64,000 nucleotides of DNA from Hypanus sabinus (Eukaryota): contig NC_082720.1 in assembly GCF_030144855.1 (NCBI RefSeq), positions 87,420,001-87,484,000 of the forward strand. Reading direction: 5' to 3'. The translations under genes were made by a program, and so were the position numbers. Below the pieces are notes generated by a model, which was not told the DNA's origin, did no database searches, and worked only from the letters and a program-made list of their open reading frames with translations. Below, piece after piece: positions 60,005 through 64,000 of the stretch (its first letter is position 1; the number at the start of each line of letters is the position of its first letter).

Positions 60005-63000
60005 TAGGGAGTTAGGAAGGGAGTTGAGAAGGACCACAAAGGTAGTAATCTCGGGATTACTGCCTGTGCCACTTGACAGTGAGAGTAGGAATGGAATGAG
60101 GTGGAGGATAAATGCGTGGCTGAGGGATTGGAGCAGGGGACAGGGATTCAAGTTTCTGGATAATTGGGACCTCTTTTGGGGCAGGTGTGACCTGTACAAA
60201 AAGGACGGGTTACACTTGGATCCTAGGGGGACCAATATCCTGGTGGGGAGATTTGCTAAGGCTACTGGGGAGACTTTAAACTAGAATGGTTGGGGGGGGG
60301 TGGGAATCAAATTGAAGAGACTAGGGGAGAGGAGGTTAGTTCACAAATGGAGAAAGTTAGTAGACTGTGTGTGAGGGAGGATAGGCAGGTGAAGAGAAGG
60401 GGAGTGCTCAGACTGAAGAAGTAGGGGAGAAGGAAGAAAAAGATAATAAAGTTGATCACATTGTTAGGGATAAACAGAGAGGTAGAGGTGGAGAGTTTCT
60501 TAAATGCATTTATTTTAATGCTAGGAGCATTGTAAGAAAGGTGGAAGAGCTTAGAACATGGACTGATAACTGGAAATATGATGTTGTAGCTATTAGTGAA
60601 ACATGGTTGCAGGAGGGGTGTGATTGGCAACTAAATATTCCTGGATTTCATTGCTTCAGGTGTGATAGAGTAGGAGGGGCCAGAGGAGAAGGTGTTGCAT
60701 TGCTTGTTCGAGAAAATATTACAGCGGTGCTTTGGCAGGATAGATTAGAGGGCTCGTTTAGGGAGGCTACTTGGGTGGAATTGAGGAATGGGAAAGGTGT
60801 AGTAACACTTATAGGGGTGTATTATAGACCACCTAATGGGGAGGGAGAATTGGAGGAGCAAATTTGTAAGGAGGTAGCAGATATTTGTAGTAAGCACAAG
60901 GTTGTGATTGTGGGAGTTTTTAATTTTCCACATATAGACTGGGAAGCCCATTCTGTAAAAGGGCTGGATGGTTTGGAGTTTGTAAAATGTGTGTAGGATA
61001 GTTTTTTGCAGCAATACATAGAGGTACCAACTAGAGAAGGGGCAGTGTTGGATCTCCTGTTAGGGTATGAAATAGGTCAGGTGACGGAGGTATGTGTTGG
61101 GGAGCACTTTGGGTCCAGTGATCACAATACCATTAGTTTCAATATAATTGTGGAGAAGGATCGGACTGGACCCAGGATTGAGATTTTTGATTGGAGAAAG
61201 GCTAACTTTGAGGAGATGCAAAAGGATTTAGAAGGAGTGGATTGGGACAATTTGTTTTATGGGAATAATGTAATAGAGAAATGGAGGTCATTTAAAGGTG
61301 AAATTTTGAGGGTACAGAATCTTTATGTTCCTGTTAGGTTGACAGGAAATTTTAAAAGTTTGAGAGAGCCATGATTTTCAAGGGATATTGGAAACTTGGT
61401 TCAGAAAAAGAGGGAGATCTACAATAGGCAGCATGGAGTAAATGAGGTGCTTGAGGAATATAAAGAATGTAAAAAGAATCTTAAGAAAGAAATGAGAAAA
61501 GCTAAAAGAAGATACAAGGTTGCTTTGGCAAGTAAGGTGAAAATAAATCCGAAGGGTTTCTACAGTTATATTAATAGCAAAAAGATAGTGAGGGATAAAA
61601 TTGGTCCCTTAGAGAATCAGAGTGGACAGCTATGTGTGGAGCCAAAAGACATGGGGGAGATTTTGAACAAATTCTTATCTTCGGTATTCACTAAGGAGAA
61701 GGATATTGAATTGTGTAAGGTAAGGGAAACAAGTAGGGAAGTTATGGAAAATATGACAATTAAAGAGGAGGAAGTACTGGCACTTTTAAGGAATATAAAA
61801 GTGGATACGTCTCCAAGTCCTGGCAGGATATTCCCTAGGATCTTGAGGGAAGTTAGTGTAGAAATAGCAGGGGCTCTGACAGAAATATTTCAAATGTCAT
61901 TAGAAACGGGGATGGTGCCAGAGGATTGGCATATTGCTCATGTGATTCCATTGTTTAAAAAGGGTTCTAAGAGTAAAAGTAGCAATTATAGGCCTGTCAA
62001 TTTGACGTCAGTGGTGGGTAAATTAATGGAAAGTATTCTTAGAGATGGTATATATAATTATCTGGATAGACAGGGTCTGATTAGGAACAGTCAGCATGGA
62101 TTTGTGCGTGGAAGGTCATGTTTGATAAACATTATTGAATTTTTTGAAGAGGTTACTAGGAAAGTTGATGAGGGTAAAACGGTGGATGTTGTCTATATGG
62201 ACTTCAGTAAGGCCTTTGACAAGCTTCTACATGGCAGGTTAGTTAGGAAGGTTCAATCACTGGGTATTAATATTGAAGTAGTAAAATGGATTCAACAGTG
62301 GCTGGATGGGAGATGCCAGAGAGTAGTGGTGGATAACTGTTTGTCAGGTTGGAGGCTGGTGACTAGTGGTGTGCCTCAGGGATCTGTACTGGGTCCAATG
62401 TTGTTTGTCATATACGTTAATGATCTGGATGATGGGGTGGTAAATTGGATTAGTAAGTATGCAGATGATACTAAGATAGGTGGTGTTGTGGATAATGAAG
62501 TAGGTTTTCAAAGCTTGCAGAGAGATTTAGGCCAGTTAGAAGAGTGGGCTGAATGATGGCAGATGGAGTTTAATGCTGTTAAGTGTGAGGTGCTACATTC
62601 TGGTAGGAATAATCCAAATAGGACATACATGCTAAATGGTAGGGCATTGAGGAATGCCGTAGAACAGAGTGATCTAGGAATAATGGTGCATAGTTCCCTG
62701 AAGGTGGAATCTCATGTGGATAGGGTGATGAAGAAAGCTTTTGGTATGCTGGACTTTATAAACCAGAGCATTGAGTATAGGAGTTGGGATGTAATGTTCA
62801 AATTGTACAAGGCATTGGTAAGGCCGAATTTGGAGTATTGTGTCCAGTTCTGGTCCCCAGATTATAGGAAAGATATCAACAAAATAGAGAGAATACAGAG
62901 GAGATTTACTAGAATGTTACCTGGGTTTCAGCACCTAAGTTACAGGGAAAGGCTGAACAAGTTAGGTCTTTATTCTTTGGAGTGTAGAAGGTTGAGGGGG

Positions 63001-63379
63001 GACTTGATAGAGCTATTTAAAATTATGAGGGGGATAGATCAAGTTGACGTGGATAGGCTTTTTCCATTGAGAGTAGGGGAGATTCAAACAAGAGGACATG
63101 ATTTGACAGTTAGGGGGCAAAAGTTTAAGGGTAACACGAGGGGGAATTTCTTTACTCAGAGAGTGGTAGCTGTGTGGAATGGGCTTTCAGTAGAAGTGGT
63201 AGAGGCAGGTTCGGTATTGTCATTTAAAGTAAGATTGGATAGGTATATGGACAGGAAAGGAATGGAGGGTTATGGGCTGAGTGCAGGTCAGTGGGACTAG
63301 GTGAGAGTAAGCGTTTGGCACGGACTAGAAAGGCCGAGATGGCCTGTTTCTGTGCTGTAATTGTTATATGGTTATATGG
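60005..63379 (+). mobile_element. Young 5'-truncated CR1 LINE: ORF1 C terminus and a colinear ORF2 (APE-RT) with three in-frame stops; (GTTATATG)2 tail
   Basis: ORF-track segments 60541, 61006, 61396 and 62563 are all in one frame; motifs FNARSI, DVVAISETWL, GVPQGSVLGP, YADD and QRRFTRMLPG. Confidence 0.95.
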
Positions 63380-63705
63380 AATTGGCAGAGGTTACATCGA
63401 ATTATGTGCTGTATGCAGAGGCTGGTGGGGTGGTAGATGAGTACACGAGGGAGGCTATCCCTGGCATGGCAGCAGAAGGGTAGGATGTGAGCAGCCGTGT
63501 GAGACAAGAAAGAGATGTGTGACTGGAAGTTACGAAGGGCAGCTACAGGTGAGGGCAGTGTTAGTGGTGAAGGAAAGGAAGGAGAACATCTCAGTAGTTC
63601 TGGAATGAAAAGCCTCATCCTGGGAGCAGATACAGTGGAGATGGAAGAAATGTGAGAAGAGGATGGCAGGGTGGGAAGAATAGTCCAGGTAGCTGTGTGA
63701 AGCTC
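63380..63705 (-). mobile_element. Penelope-like retroelement, upstream part (continuation of 59040-59975)
   Basis: Minus strand ...RDSLPRVLIYHPTSLCIQHIIRCNLCQF, the segment that precedes the KHIF...PPGTYPC segment at 59.8-59.96 kb. Confidence 0.75.
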
Positions 63706-64000
63706 TCCTGTTCCTTCAGTATTGTCCCCAGAAACTTCAGCCATTGCTGCTCTACTGCCATTACTACTAATGTTCCCTTCCAAAGAACTTTGGCCAGTTT
63801 TTTTCTCACACCTCTGTAATTCTCTTTTCTCCACTGCAATGCTGATACATTGGACTTTATTTTCTCCTTCTCAAACTACAGGGTGAACTCTATCATGTTA
63901 TGATCGCTGTCTCCCAAGAGTTCCTTTACCTTACCTTAAGCTCCCTAATCAAATCTGGTTTATAATACAACACCCAATCTAGAATTGCCTTTTTCCCCAG

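Noticed and set aside
1-64000. A second CD74 paralog, second Tg exon or neighbouring genes (for example RPS14, TCOF1)
   Set aside because: I recognised no such coding segments by eye; small exons could be missed without TBLASTN.

Overview
Repeat-rich vertebrate genomic DNA. The repeat set (CR1, Rex1/Babar, Penelope-like, RTE, Tx1, L2, V-type SINEs, Tc1, hAT) points to a cartilaginous fish, probably a ray (inference). The only host gene I can support is CD74 (MHC class II invariant chain) on the + strand, ATG at 24554. Its exons splice in phase: 24554-24666, 39434-39612, 40386-40468, 41475-41534, 43136-43231, 43921-44035, a probable extra 48-nt exon at 45206-45253, and the thyroglobulin type-1 exon at 49566-49763. 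The 3' end near 52.1-52.5 kb is unresolved. The most notable non-coding signal is a pair of inverted MHC-II-type X1-X2 boxes with adjacent Y (CCAAT) boxes 2.3 and 3.0 kb upstream of the ATG, in an X/Y geometry that differs from the mammalian S-X-Y module. There are also NF-kB and PU.1 sites at the core promoter and a PU.1-IRF composite site in intron 1. Seven minisatellite arrays (23, ~68, 40/41, 30/32, 54, 71 and 58 bp units) cover about 15 kb. Six trace to the inside of a retroelement, several with flanking microhomology. All very long ORFs in the ORF track are artefacts of these arrays. There is no CRISPR array or prokaryote-type system. TE boundaries are by-eye estimates.
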